Shown here: positions 36,701 through 47,700 of the stretch, piece by piece | Numbering within the stretch: position 1 is the first letter of the stretch | Layout: each line of letters opens with the position of its first letter | Assembly: GCA_950097015.1 (NCBI GenBank) | Contig: CATNEN010000007.1 | Span: forward strand, 6,820,001-6,884,000 | DNA from: Macrostomum hystrix | Taxonomy: Eukaryota; Animalia; Platyhelminthes | Length of the DNA: 64,000 nt | Reading direction: 5' to 3' | Translations under genes and position numbers: made by a program | Notes under the pieces: model-generated | The model's input: only the letters and a program-made list of their open reading frames with translations | Told to the model about the DNA's origin: nothing | Databases searched by the model: none

Positions 36701-37301
36701 TACCTGCTGTCTACCCGCTACCTACCTGCTACCTACCCGCTACCTACCTGCTCTCAAGCTAAGCCTTCATCGACTCTCTACTAAATTGCTTTCTTCCTAC
36801 TAATTTTATTGCCTCCACATTCAAGTGCTTTACCCTTTGTTTTACTTTTCTCTGTTTTCGTTCAGTATTTTTCGCAAGCCGTCCCATTAGATTAAAAAAC
36901 TAATGAGATCGCCGCCGAGTTTATCAAATGAAGCCTCGAGAAAATGCAAGGTGATGGCTTTCTAGGTAAGAACAATTTCACATCTACGAGGATTTCATTC
37001 AACGCTTAGTAAAGAACAGCCTTCCAGTATAGCTTTTCCGGGCAAACAGGTAAAGCAAGCAGAAATGTAGCCCTTGAGAAAATACAAGAACGCATTCGCA
37101 CGCTGTTCGCTAGCTTAGGAAAGTGAAACCTGACACTTGGTCTGCGGTGCGCTCTGAAACTGCGCCTTCCACCTGCATGCGCTCTACAGCCCCCCATCTG
37201 AGCTGAAATCTCGTACAGCTGAAAGCTAGGTAATAGCGGTCGCTTACCTTGAGTCGCTCGTGATAGTCTGCGGGCAGCCATACGTCGCCGGTTGCGGCCA
37301 T
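9763..37301 (-). CDS. Giant (~7,000 aa) multi-galectin-fold / AHNAK-like-repeat protein; exons (5'->3'): 37301-37248 (or alternative 35148-35050), 33900-33818, 33627-33414, 33197-32984, 32826-15921, 15510-14582, 14264-13416, 13171-13083, 12989-12776, 12708-12310, 12145-12029, 11468-10957, 10455-10251, 10042-9923, 9783-9763
   Basis: Every junction from 33900 to 9763 is GT-AG and phase-consistent by hand (0,2,0,1,1,0,0,2,0,0,0,2,0,0). After correcting a net +7 nt of single-base indels in the repeat exon, the CDS is a multiple of 3. The first exon is uncertain. Confidence 0.72.
9923..13171 (-). CDS. C-terminal block of four tandem galectin-like (GLECT-fold) domains of the giant protein (7 exons)
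   Basis: Domain starts PVPFKAHLPESLRSGRRIIVYG, LELPYSEEFPHSL, APKVSQLPPGFQVGRSVRVSG and IGLPYFNQFPVSL. Internal features include GNRWTAEER, FRLEIQTTSSGFNVSF, HPHRVP..FTHLILDG, VQLDGKPVLSY..FYIDGNFQLKDVSW and IAINDAAVAKY..IRYVMIDG..VTSVEF, which follow the galectin beta-sandwich pattern. Confidence 0.75.
10560..10860 (-). mobile_element. tRNA-derived SINE (head ~10785-10855) in an intron
   Basis: The reverse strand reads GTTGTAGCTTAGTGGTTAGGGCGTCGGACTCACAACTTGAAGGTCGAGTGTTCGATTCTT, i.e. A box, anticodon-like loop and B box (GTTCGATTC), followed by non-tRNA body. The 3' boundary is approximate. Confidence 0.6.
11542..11800 (+). mobile_element. tRNA-derived SINE with (ATT)n tail and 13-bp TSD; internally deleted copy
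   Basis: A-box GGTGGCAGAGCGG; body similar to 48094-48411 (AAGGCACAGTGAA...GTGTGTGCTCAGGAGTC...); tail ATTATTATT; TSD TATATCTTCCCAC at 11529-11541 and 11801-11813. Confidence 0.85.
11824..12000. repeat. 57-bp tandem repeat, ~3 copies (intronic)
   Basis: CCACATCCAGCCCAGCTCTCTCTGTAATCTTCAGCTTCAGTCACGCCTATCCCAAG repeated. Confidence 0.9.
14890..15410 (-). repeat. Coding 30-bp tandem repeat (ELDVELSGQQ)n, ~17 copies, in exon 15510-14582
   Basis: Open in the spliced frame; no frameshifts. Confidence 0.9.
15921..32826 (-). CDS. Single ~16.9-kb exon encoding ~75 AHNAK/periaxin-like repeats (73-aa unit, ~10 64-aa variants)
   Basis: Unit DVDIDIDAPHVDIDVKKPDIDIDVKAPHLDVDLDADLKLKKPDVDIDVKGPKIKGPHFKMPSFGLKGPKVKGP. 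Unique in-frame flanks on both sides. Acceptor ttccag|AA at 32826 and donor C|gtaagt at 15921. Nine single-base indels lie between 24487 and 31487. Confidence 0.85.
16413..32610. repeat. 219-bp (192-bp variant) coding tandem array, ~75 units
   Basis: Periodicity visible directly and in the ORF track (starts every 219 nt). Confidence 0.98.
32984..33900 (-). CDS. N-terminal galectin-like domain of the giant protein (3 exons)
   Basis: TQFTYDIPDGLIAGDCVEIKG...VVLEL...VPLRVSI...GEFRTSSNFTVQILVEDEYYEVRLNDEVLSSIEH...IHMLMLDGEAEFTSVEF. Exon sizes and phases 83(0-2)/214(2-0) mirror 89(0-2)/214(2-0) of the first C-terminal domain. Confidence 0.75.
36380..36750. repeat. Minisatellite, ~23-bp unit (CCTGCTGTCTACCCGCTACCTA)
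   Basis: Tandem copies read directly. Confidence 0.92.
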
Positions 37302-37427
37302 GGCAGCTGGCTAGTCGCTTGCTGTCCCTGGATGTTGGGCTACCGACAGTGCGAAGAATTTGCGCAGAGCTTTGCTTCTGAGCAGTGATATTGAGATTCT
37401 CTAATATAATTATATCGCAAGACTGAG

Positions 37428-37465
<38 letters not shown>

Positions 37466-38274
37466 TGTTTCAGGCCAGTTTTTAGGGCCTAGCCGCAAAT
37501 TCTATAAGTAGGCGGTTTCTTACTTTATACTCTCTATCTGCAATGCCGGGCGCATTCTATCCGTCCTATCCAGTTTTGTGAGGCTTGCCTCAGTGCGCAT
37601 CACCGCCCCATTGTTCCAAGCCAGAAAGTTTGCATCTATTCGCGGCGAACAAACCCGCAGCGGAGGCTGGCTAGCGATGGGTGAGCTGGACTGCTCAGCA
37701 GCTGTACTCAAGCTGCAGAAAGCATGTCTGTTGAGCAGCAGAAAGTGACCAACGATTGGCAGACTGAACAATGAGCTCGGTGGCCTGGCTGCTCAGTGAA
37801 GTTGCTACTGCAGGTGGGTTGGCATAGCCATAGCTCAAAGGTGCTGTCAGCTAGAATAGCCTTCTTGCCTTCTTGCATGACATCACTTCCAGTGCAACCA
37901 AGAAGCCACATTATAAATTGTCTTTCCCTGCTCCTGGCTATCCCTGCCTCCTAAGCCCTCTATTCTTTTGCCGCCGTGTGGGCGTATCTGAGCAGATGGC
38001 GCCAGTTCACTTCTCAACCCTTCTGCGCCCGGTCAACCTTTCTCGCGTTATTGAATTCCAGTTTGCAAAAAATGCTGACCCATGCTGTCGAAGCCAAACC
38101 GTATAGCTATCCATTCTTGTCGGTCTTTCATGCTTCAAACTAAAAAAAGTTGTTCGTTTCTATGAAGCCCGACATGAAGCTCTGATACCTTAAATACGGA
38201 ATTCTCACACTCAGCTCTCTTCCAATTCTCTATCTCGTTATGTCTTTGATTCTTTGATCTCTATCCTCTCACTG

Positions 38275-39966
38275 TCTTCTGATTGGTCCATCTCTCAGCC
38301 TCCAAGCTCCACAGCTCTCTTACCATCTGCCACACACTGCCTTCTGATTGGTCCATCTCTCAGCCTCCAAGCTCCACAGCTCTCTTACCATCTGCCACAC
38401 ACTGCCTTCTGATTGGTCCATCTCTCAGCCTCCAAGCTCCACAGCTCTCTTACCATCTGCCACACACTGCCTTCTGATTGGTCCATCTCTCAGCCTCCAA
38501 GCTCCACAGCTCTCTTACCATCTGCCACACACTGCCTTCTGATTGGTCCATCTCTCAGCCTCCAAGCTCCACAGCTCTCTTACCATCTGCCACACACTGC
38601 CTTCTGATTGGTCCATCTCTCAGCCTCCAAGCTCCACAGCTCTCTTACCATCTGCCACACACTGCCTTCTGATTGGTCCATCTCTCAGCCTCCAAGCTCC
38701 ACAGCTCTCTTACCATCTGCCACACACTGCCTTCTGATTGGTCCATCTCTCAGCCTCCAAGCTCCACAGCTCTCTTACCATCTGCCACACACTGCCTTCT
38801 GATTGGTCCATCTCTCAGCCTCCAAGCTCCACAGCTCTCTTACCATCTGCCACACACTGCCTTCTGATTGGTCCATCTCTCAGCCTCCAAGCTCCACAGC
38901 TCTCTTACCATCTGCCACACACTGCCTTCTGATTGGTCCATCTCTCAGCCTCCAAGCTCCACAGCTCTCTTACCATCTGCCACACACTGCCTTCTGATTG
39001 GTCCATCTCTCAGCCTCCAAGCTCCACAGCTCTCTTACCATCTGCCACACACTGCCTTCTGATTGGTCCATCTCTCAGCCTCCAAGCTCCACAGCTCTCT
39101 TACCATCTGCCACACACTGCCTTCTGATTGGTCCATCTCTCAGCCTCCAAGCTCCACAGCTCTCTTACCATCTGCCACACACTGCCTTCTGATTGGTCCA
39201 TCTCTCAGCCTCCAAGCTCCACAGCTCTCTTACCATCTGCCACACACTGCCTTCTGATTGGTCCATCTCTCAGCCTCCAAGCTCCACAGCTCTCTTACCA
39301 TCTGCCACACACTGCCTTCTGATTGGTCCATCTCTCAGCCTCCAAGCTCCACAGCTCTCTTACCATCTGCCACACACTGCCTTCTGATTGGTCCATCTCT
39401 CAGCCTCCAAGCTCCACAGCTCTCTTACCATCTGCCACACACTGCCTTCTGATTGGTCCATCTCTCAGCCTCCAAGCTCCACAGCTCTCTTACCATCTGC
39501 CACACACTGCCTTCTGATTGGTCCATCTCTCAGCCTCCAAGCTCCACAGCTCTCTTACCATCTGCCACACACTGCCTTCTGATTGGTCCATCTCTCAGCC
39601 TCCAAGCTCCACAGCTCTCTTACCATCTGCCACACACTGCCTTCTGATTGGTCCATCTCTCAGCCTCCAAGCTCCACAGCTCTCTTACCATCTGCCACAC
39701 ACTGCCTTCTGATTGGTCCATCTCTCAGCCTCCAAGCTCCACAGCTCTCTTACCATCTGCCACACACTGCCTTCTGATTGGTCCATCTCTCAGCCTCCAA
39801 GCTCCACAGCTCTCTTACCATCTGCCACACACTGCCTTCTGATTGGTCCATCTCTCAGCCTCCAAGCTCCACAGCTCTCTTACCATCTGCCACACACTGC
39901 CTTCTGATTGGTCCATCTCTCAGCCTCCAAGCTCCACAGCTCTCTTACCATCTGCCACACACTGCC
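38275..39966. repeat. 65-bp satellite, ~26 apparently identical copies
   Basis: Unit CTTCTGATTGGTCCATCTCTCAGCCTCCAAGCTCCACAGCTCTCTTACCATCTGCCACACACTGC; identical 64-aa ORFs every 65 nt in the ORF track. Confidence 0.98.
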
Positions 39967-42900
39967 GGTAAGATGAGAGATGATCGGTTCATCTCTCACC
40001 TCCAAGCATCACTATCTAAAAAATCGCACAATGGGCAATAGGCACATGGGTCTCTCTCACAACCTCCATTTATCTTTCATAAAATCAACACTGCTCATCG
40101 CATGAAACGTATATGTGATAAAATGTTGCAGTACGAGTCGTTTATTCACATAGTTTTTTCAGTAGTTTAATATAAACTCTAAGTGCTCAGCCCTATAAGC
40201 TTCTTAGAGTGCGAGCATATATAGAAGCATAGTCTGAATCATGCGACCGGTGTCCCACTTTACACTGCTCATATGCACTGCACATCGCGTTTGAGACAGA
40301 TTCAGAAGCTATTCTCACATGTTTCTACACTGTCACCAAACTCATGTCGTCCGCAGAGGCAATTGTTGCGAGAATCGAGTATCAAAAATATGCTGAAGCA
40401 TTCGACCTAGGCCAGGTCATTGCTTTCAAATGCTAATGTTTTCTGTTAACTACGCAATACCAACAAACGAGCCAGAGTTTTCAGGGTTAACGAGTTACTC
40501 AGCGGGGCTCCGACCACCAGTCATCACCCTGCGCCAATAAACTGAGAATTTCTGCAGGACTGCCAGGAAAATGGAAACAATGGCCTGATGATGCGTCGGC
40601 AGATGAGTTGCATGGAAGGCGAGATTAAATTTCAACTGACCTCTAAGCTGAGCTGTTTACCCCCGCCGGTGCTAACTGCACAAATTAGCGGCATAATATG
40701 CACAATAAGTGTAGAATATTGTGGTTTATGACTCTTTAGAATTGTGCACCACCCTAATTTTTAGTAGGAGCGAAATAAATGCTTTACTTTGTTGTGTCAA
40801 GCTTTTGTTTCATTCACTTGCGGCATGGTGTGAAATTGTCGTAATTATTATTATTAGAAAGCGCACGCAATTGATTTATTTTTTAACTTTTAGACATCCA
40901 AAAACTACTACTTTTTTTAACGAAACAGTCTAATTTTATTAGAAGCGAAAATAATTCGGTAACAACAGTACGCAGTTAGGGGATTTAAAACAAAAAACGA
41001 ATTTTTTTCGAATATTTAATTGTACTGCATATGAAAAAATGCATTGCATTAAACCGATAACTATGTTAATCACAAGTAACTGAGCTTGTTCCTCCGAGCA
41101 GTGGTTTAGCCTATACCCTATTTTCGTAATAAAGAAATAACAATTTGCATGATCTTCCCAACATCGCTACGAATATATACTAAGTTCATATATATGCACC
41201 ATTTGCAGGTAAAAGATAATTGACGGAAGTATAGGAAGCATAAGTACAAGTGAAGCCACTTAACTATAAAAACAGAGCAGTGCATCGCTTATACTTCGTA
41301 ACGATGACTTGACGAAAAAAAAGCATTTTTAGAGTGGTGGAAGGTGCTAGAGAACCTTGACAATTTTCTAGCGACATCCCGGCTTAATGGCAGGTTACGA
41401 GCGTCGTCTAATGCAGCAACTGGCTCAGGACCACCAGTAGTTAGCCTTACTCAAGTAGTTTTTGAAGTGCCTACGTCAGCTAACAGCCATTTGACCGGCC
41501 GGACGATCGTTTATCGGTTGGAATATGGTTTTAAACCCAAATACAAAGCGGCGATAGTGACCAAAAATGTAAATCTCCGTCACAGTTGCAGCTTGTAGGC
41601 CATTTATACATCACATGAAGGCAATCTCCATTTAAAATGCAGTGATTGTTAAAAGTTGTTCGGCTGCTGTTGTATGAGGAGCGAGCGGATAGGGCAGAAG
41701 CAATTTCGGACTGTTAATGGAACAATAGGCATCACAGAATATGTCCGAGACCACTGCACCTAAAGTGTATGTGGTACTAATGGTACTAATCATAAGTTTT
41801 AAATAACAAGCAATCGTGACGTTCGGTGGCCTATTGTCTGGAAATGTAATTTTCGCCTAAACGGATGCCTCTTGCTCTTGTTTGTTTCTTGTTTCTTGCT
41901 CAGACGTTTATTAACGAAAACGAAAATCACCATGGCACTAATTTGAAACGCTAGTTTTATTTATTTTATTTCCACCTCCACGTAATTCTAAGTTTTAAAG
42001 GAATTGACGGCCATTGTTTTATGTTTTATAACGCGCTATTGTTGCGTAACTAATTTGTTATTAGGTTTATTTTTATTTTAGTTGGCCTGAGTTTTGCTAA
42101 TTTAAAAATCATTCCGCCTTAATATATGCAGGCATTAATTTCCAATGTCTTATTTTTTCTAACAGTATAAATGTATAATACTAATATGACATCTGAAAAT
42201 TGGATTGGCTGAAAAACTGACTAATTTTTTATTTGCTGCAATGTATATAAGCTAAAACGATTATTCTTATTTAATAATCCTAATATAAAATATACCAACA
42301 TAACTAACTGAATGCTTGTAGGCCTGGTTTTTTTAGCTAATGCCTAACTTATAGGCCTATGTACATAATGTACTTCACTTATCCCACACCATTCTTGGCA
42401 TAATTTCCTGCATTTTTTCCACACAAATTCCTACTCGTACATTGAGTCCATGTTGGAAATCTCATTTAAAAGCTGTCCCTAATGCAGCACAATAATCAAT
42501 ATGCTTGTGCAATGTGCTAAAGCCATACATATAATATTTGGACCTCCAACCTAGTCCTAGGCCTAGGCCTAGCTAGCTTATTTATACAAAAAAAATAAAT
42601 TCAAAGCAAGCAAGCAGCACAAAACAATCAATAAGTAGCAATTTTGATGATTAATTGATAGTCACAATATGTATATATGCCATAGGCTTCTGTCTCAGAG
42701 CCATAGCCAAGAAGGTGGCAGATAGTAAACAAATCTTTGACTAGGCCCTACCAAAAATTATGCACCATGGACCAACACTAAAAACCACTTTGTGTGTGTG
42801 TGTGTGTGTGCCATTAGACCCATGAGTCAAAGCTAGGTGGTTGGTACCAAAGGCCCAAGTTTAAACCTGGCCCTTAAGAACAGAGCATTATCAATGCCAA

Positions 42901-43667
42901 CTTAAATTTATTTAATAAGAGAGATAAAAGCAATTTAAAAAGATAAATGGTAGTCAAAGTGGAATAAAAGCAGAAACATTGATGACACAATAAAATATCA
43001 ATAAGCCACTTGGAAAGACACTGTACAGTATGCTACACTAAATAAGGCTAGGCTGGGCTGACCCCATAACCCATAGGAGGGAAGGGTCACATGACCAGGC
43101 ATGCATATGCACCCTGCACTAAGCACAAGCCCAACCCCCAACCTCCAGTTTAACATCCAGCCAAACTATGCTTGGTTAGACCATACACCAACACCAAATT
43201 ACAATGTATGACATGTGAAAATAAAGGACCTTTTTATAAATTTCAGCCTTTTGTGTATTGTGTTCCATTATAGCCAATATAGTAAAAGTTTTGATGAATG
43301 ACAATACAATGATAATATTAACTTGTTTAACATGATTTTTTTGTTAGTGATTTTTTATTTTAAAAAATGAAAACAAATATGGTATAAAAAAACAAAAAAA
43401 AATGACAATGCAGGCAGGTGGCTTATTAAGAGAAAAGGTGCTACATAAATTATATTAAATGTATTTTTTGCAAAGACAAACTCTAGTTTGTGTTAACCTC
43501 ATTTGTATTCTAAAGCCAAATTAAAGGCTTGCATTATAATACAAATGTACAAGGCTAAAAGTCAGTGTAGGCCTCTGTGTGATGTTATGCTTTGATTGTG
43601 CTGATGTATGCCAATTTGTACCAGTTTATGCCAATGTGCACTGATATGTTCATTAAGGTCAGTGTGT

Positions 43668-44203
43668 GGCCTATGACCAGTATGTTCTAGATGATGGCCT
43701 ATGACCAGTATGCTCTAGATGATGGCCTATGACCAGTATGCTCTAGATGATGGCCTATGACCAGTATGATCTAGACCATGGCCTATGACCAGTATGCTCT
43801 AGACCATGGCCTATGACCAGTATGCTCTAGACCATGGCCTATGACCAGTATGCTCTAGATGATGGCCTATGACCAGTATGCTCTAGATGATGGCCTATGA
43901 CCAGTATGCTCTAGACCATGGCCTATGACCAGTATGCTCTAGATGATGGCCTATGACCAGTATGCTCTAGATCATGGCCTATGACCAGTATGCTCTAGAT
44001 GATGGCCTATGACCAGTATGCTCTAGACCATGGCCTATGCCCAGTATGATCTAGACCATGGCCTATGACCAGTATGATCTAGACCATGGCCTATGCCCAG
44101 TATGATCTAGACCATGGCCTATGCCCAGTATGATCTAGACCATGGCCTATGCCCAGTATGATCTAGATCATGGCCTATGCCCAGTATGCTCTAGATCATG
44201 GCC
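43668..44203. repeat. Minisatellite, 27-bp unit (GGCCTATGACCAGTATGCTCTAGATGA/ACCAT), ~20 copies
   Basis: Tandem copies read directly; lies within the CpG-free zone. Confidence 0.93.
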
Positions 44204-44720
44204 AAGGTTAATTTGGAGTTTATTGCCCATATCAAAGCTAGGCCCAAGGCAAAACCATGTGGTTGTTTTATGATTAGAAGCATGTAACATATATGAAAGG
44301 GTTTATTGACTAGTATAACATTAACTATGCAACAATGACAGGTTGACAGCTATATTAATATATAGTGAAGCCTGTAGTGAATGACTCTTTAAATTTAATG
44401 CTTTGTACAGTTCATTTAGAAGTTGAATTTATTTTAGCAATCATGACTTGTTGGGCTACATGATTAGGCTCAATTATTAGGCTCAATTCCACATTTAATG
44501 TATTTAAGTAGAAATTTAAGTGTATGTGTATTACCAGCTAACTTATAGCATCAGCAATTATTATGTATATGTATATGTTAAGTACACTTGAATTGGGATA
44601 GCTAATAGAGGGCTACTATAAGAAGTTTGCATAGCAATCAATTTGATTTGTCGTTTCAGCTAAGGCTAAAACAGTGTCATGTGATATTATCAGCACTGAA
44701 GCACAGCCAGTCAGAACAAA

Positions 44721-47700
44721 ATGTCATTTGAAAACAATGTGAAGCGCGAATACCACATGGACTTTGACATTGCTGAGGCAGCCAACACTGGCGATGATTA
44801 TTCTATCTTTGCCGGCTTCCCAGACATGCAGCCATCAACATCGGCTGGATATTCGTCAGCTGCCACTGGCACTGCTGTCTTCAGTCACGGCCACCTCATT
44901 GGCCAGATGGTGCTGGATGTGAGTTACGATAGCCCCTGATTGGCTTGATTCTCATACTTGGTGGACACTGATGCATCATTTGGCCACAGTTCTGACCATT
45001 CCACTGAGCCCCCTGGTTACACCGGCCCACAGGATTGTCAATTTTTCCATATTTTTGTTTCCGTGTCAGGCTCTGTGCACATTCACTGTGCCTGGAGAAA
45101 AGATTAGAAAACTTCTGGAAAGCTCCTGTAACGATTTCTTATGCAATAAATTGAGTCTTCGCAGTAAGAGCCCGTCTATACGGCTGTGAGCCCTCTCAGG
45201 CCGAGAGTGAAATATATTTAACTTTAACCGAGCGATAAGGAAGGGGGGTTGGTTAGAAGGGTAACATGTGCGAGGACGGACCAGAGGGTAAGAGATGAAA
45301 CTCAGGGAAAGGAAAGAGAGACGAGGTGAGAGCCAATCAGAGCCGACAGGGGGGGGAGGAGAGAGTACATTAAGAGGGCGCGCTAAATAACAAACCAAGG
45401 AAGTAAATACAGCTCCTAACTCCAATCCCCTACCCGTGGCCCATTCTAACACCTAATATCCCCTGTAATATCTCTGCCCTGTTCCATGTCTCCCGTGTCT
45501 CATCTCTCTCACGTCCAATCCCTAAACTGTCAAACCGGCCCTATCTCTTGGTTTTTATTCAAAATAACCGTTTTCTGTTAGGCAGTTCCCTTGCTAATCC
45601 ATGTGCACCAATCAAAATCCGCCTGCGCAGGTTATCGAAGGCTTCCTATTGGTTGTGAATGACTCAGCCGTAATAGACTTTGCCTCGCAGAATATTGCGA
45701 GCTTCACGGACTTCACAGCGGAGGAGGTGACTCACAGGCTGCTGTATCGAATTCTGCACGACGAGGACAGACAGCTGGTTCAGCCGTTCATTGACGCAGC
45801 CGCAGGTGAGACTGCGATGATTCGAATTTTTTCGCACAGCCGATCTGCAGTTTTTTGTCTGTCATGCACTCCACAAACTACTGACGAAAACAAAAATGTT
45901 TTTCCACTTTCCTGCCGCGCCCATAGGAGCTGCGCCCATGTCGCCGCACTCGAGTCACGTGACCCTGCGCCTGCTGCCCAACTTCTGGCGGTCGAACGGC
46001 ACCGGCGCATCGCAGCAGCCGCTGATTCTGGACGCCACCCTGAAAATTCAGTCCCTGGCTATTAGTCAGCCCAACCTATCCAGTGAGTGCCTTTTTGCGC
46101 AAACCACTATGATCTTCTGTTAGTCAGAGTTTCCGATTTTCTATACATATCGTGTGTATCAGAGGTAAACTGGCGCATGTAGAGTGGCCTAGATTAGTTC
46201 TCTCTCTTGGGGTGCACCTCAGATTAGTTTTGAAAAAATTTGCAACCACTGTACGAAAATCAGCATCACATATTCGACTTTTCATCGATCTATGTAGGGT
46301 GTCCCAGAAATAGCGGGAAAAATCGATGCACAGGCAAACTGGTGCAACATAGTTTATTGAAACTCACGTCACTGATGAATAATCATTCAGCAGTTCTAAC
46401 GCTTTTTAAATCAAGAAAATATGTCAATTCATTAAAAAGTTGTGGCTGAAATTAGAACAAGGGGGAAGGGGTAGAGTTACACCAAGTCAAGGCCAGTGGA
46501 ATCGGTCACGCAGCATCGCCATCGCCGTCGACTGACGACTTTTCGACGAAGTCCCCCCTTAGCTCGCAGCACTTAGTCTATCGCGTGAGAAGCGCATTGA
46601 TGGCATCTGCATAAGCTCGACGGGGAATTTTGTGCAGCAGAACCCGCCTGACTTCTCCTTCCAAGTTGTCGCGATGGTCAAAGATGCGCCCCCGCAGGTG
46701 CTTCTTTAACTGAGGGAAAATTGCGTATTCGCAAGGAGCCAAGTTTGGTGAGTAGGACGGGTGCGCAAGCAGATCAAAATTGAGTTCGTTGATACGATCA
46801 AGCGTTTTCTTGGCCGTGTGAGGTCGAGCGTTGTCGTGCAACAGGAGGTGAGGCTTCATCGCAGTCCTGCGCTTGTTGCGGATGTCTGATTTCAGCTTAG
46901 TCAGCGTCTCCGTGTACCGGTCCGAGTTAACCGTGCTGTTAGGCTCAAGGAAGTCGATGGTCAGGGGACCTTCTTGATCGAAGAAAAGGGTCAACATGAT
47001 CTTCTTACAGTGCTGGTCTCACTTCGCCTTCACAGGTGGGTCTAAACCCTTCAACGCCCACACCTTGCTTTCCTGCTTGGTCTCAGGGTCAAAGTGCGGT
47101 ATCCAGGTTTCATCGCCGGTCACCAGATAGGGCCGGAAACTCTTCCATCCACCAGCATCACGCACCAGCTCAAGATTCTCCCTGCAGGACTTCATTCTTA
47201 CAGTTTTCATTTCTTCAGTCAACAAACGGGGCACCCATCTCGCCGTCAGTTTCACCATACCAAGATCCACAGACAAGATCCGATGAATTGAAGTTTTTGG
47301 ACTTCCCAGTCGATCCGCCAACTCTCTTGCAGTCAAACGGGGATTTGCGTGAACGATTTCCTTTACCATTTGAATCAGTGCCTTTGTTGATGGAGAGATC
47401 GGACGGCCACGGTTGGCTGTGTCATCGGCAACGTCTGTTCGCCCATGACTGAACTCTTCAAGCCAGCGATAGACAGCACTCTTCGAGATGGCACTCACTC
47501 CGTGGATTTCAGTCAGCTGGCTTACAATTTCACTGCCTCGCTTGCCCAAGTTCCATTGAGAGTACACGAACTGGCGCTGACCTTCTTTGGACGAAACGCT
47601 AAACATTGAACGATTGAACAAGGGAAAATGAAAAAATCCAAACTCAACAGCGGCGTCTTGTCGAGGCACACAAAATGTCGATATTCGCGAAGTCTCGTGC

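Noticed and set aside
38275-39966. CRISPR-like or coding interpretation of the regular arrays (also 8775-9362, 48978-50830)
   Set aside because: No unique spacers, no cas genes, eukaryotic context. These are plain tandem repeats.
41344-41598. 84-aa ORF as the missing bHLH exon of the NCOA-like gene
   Set aside because: No basic region or HLH pattern, and no convincing in-frame splice into 44721.
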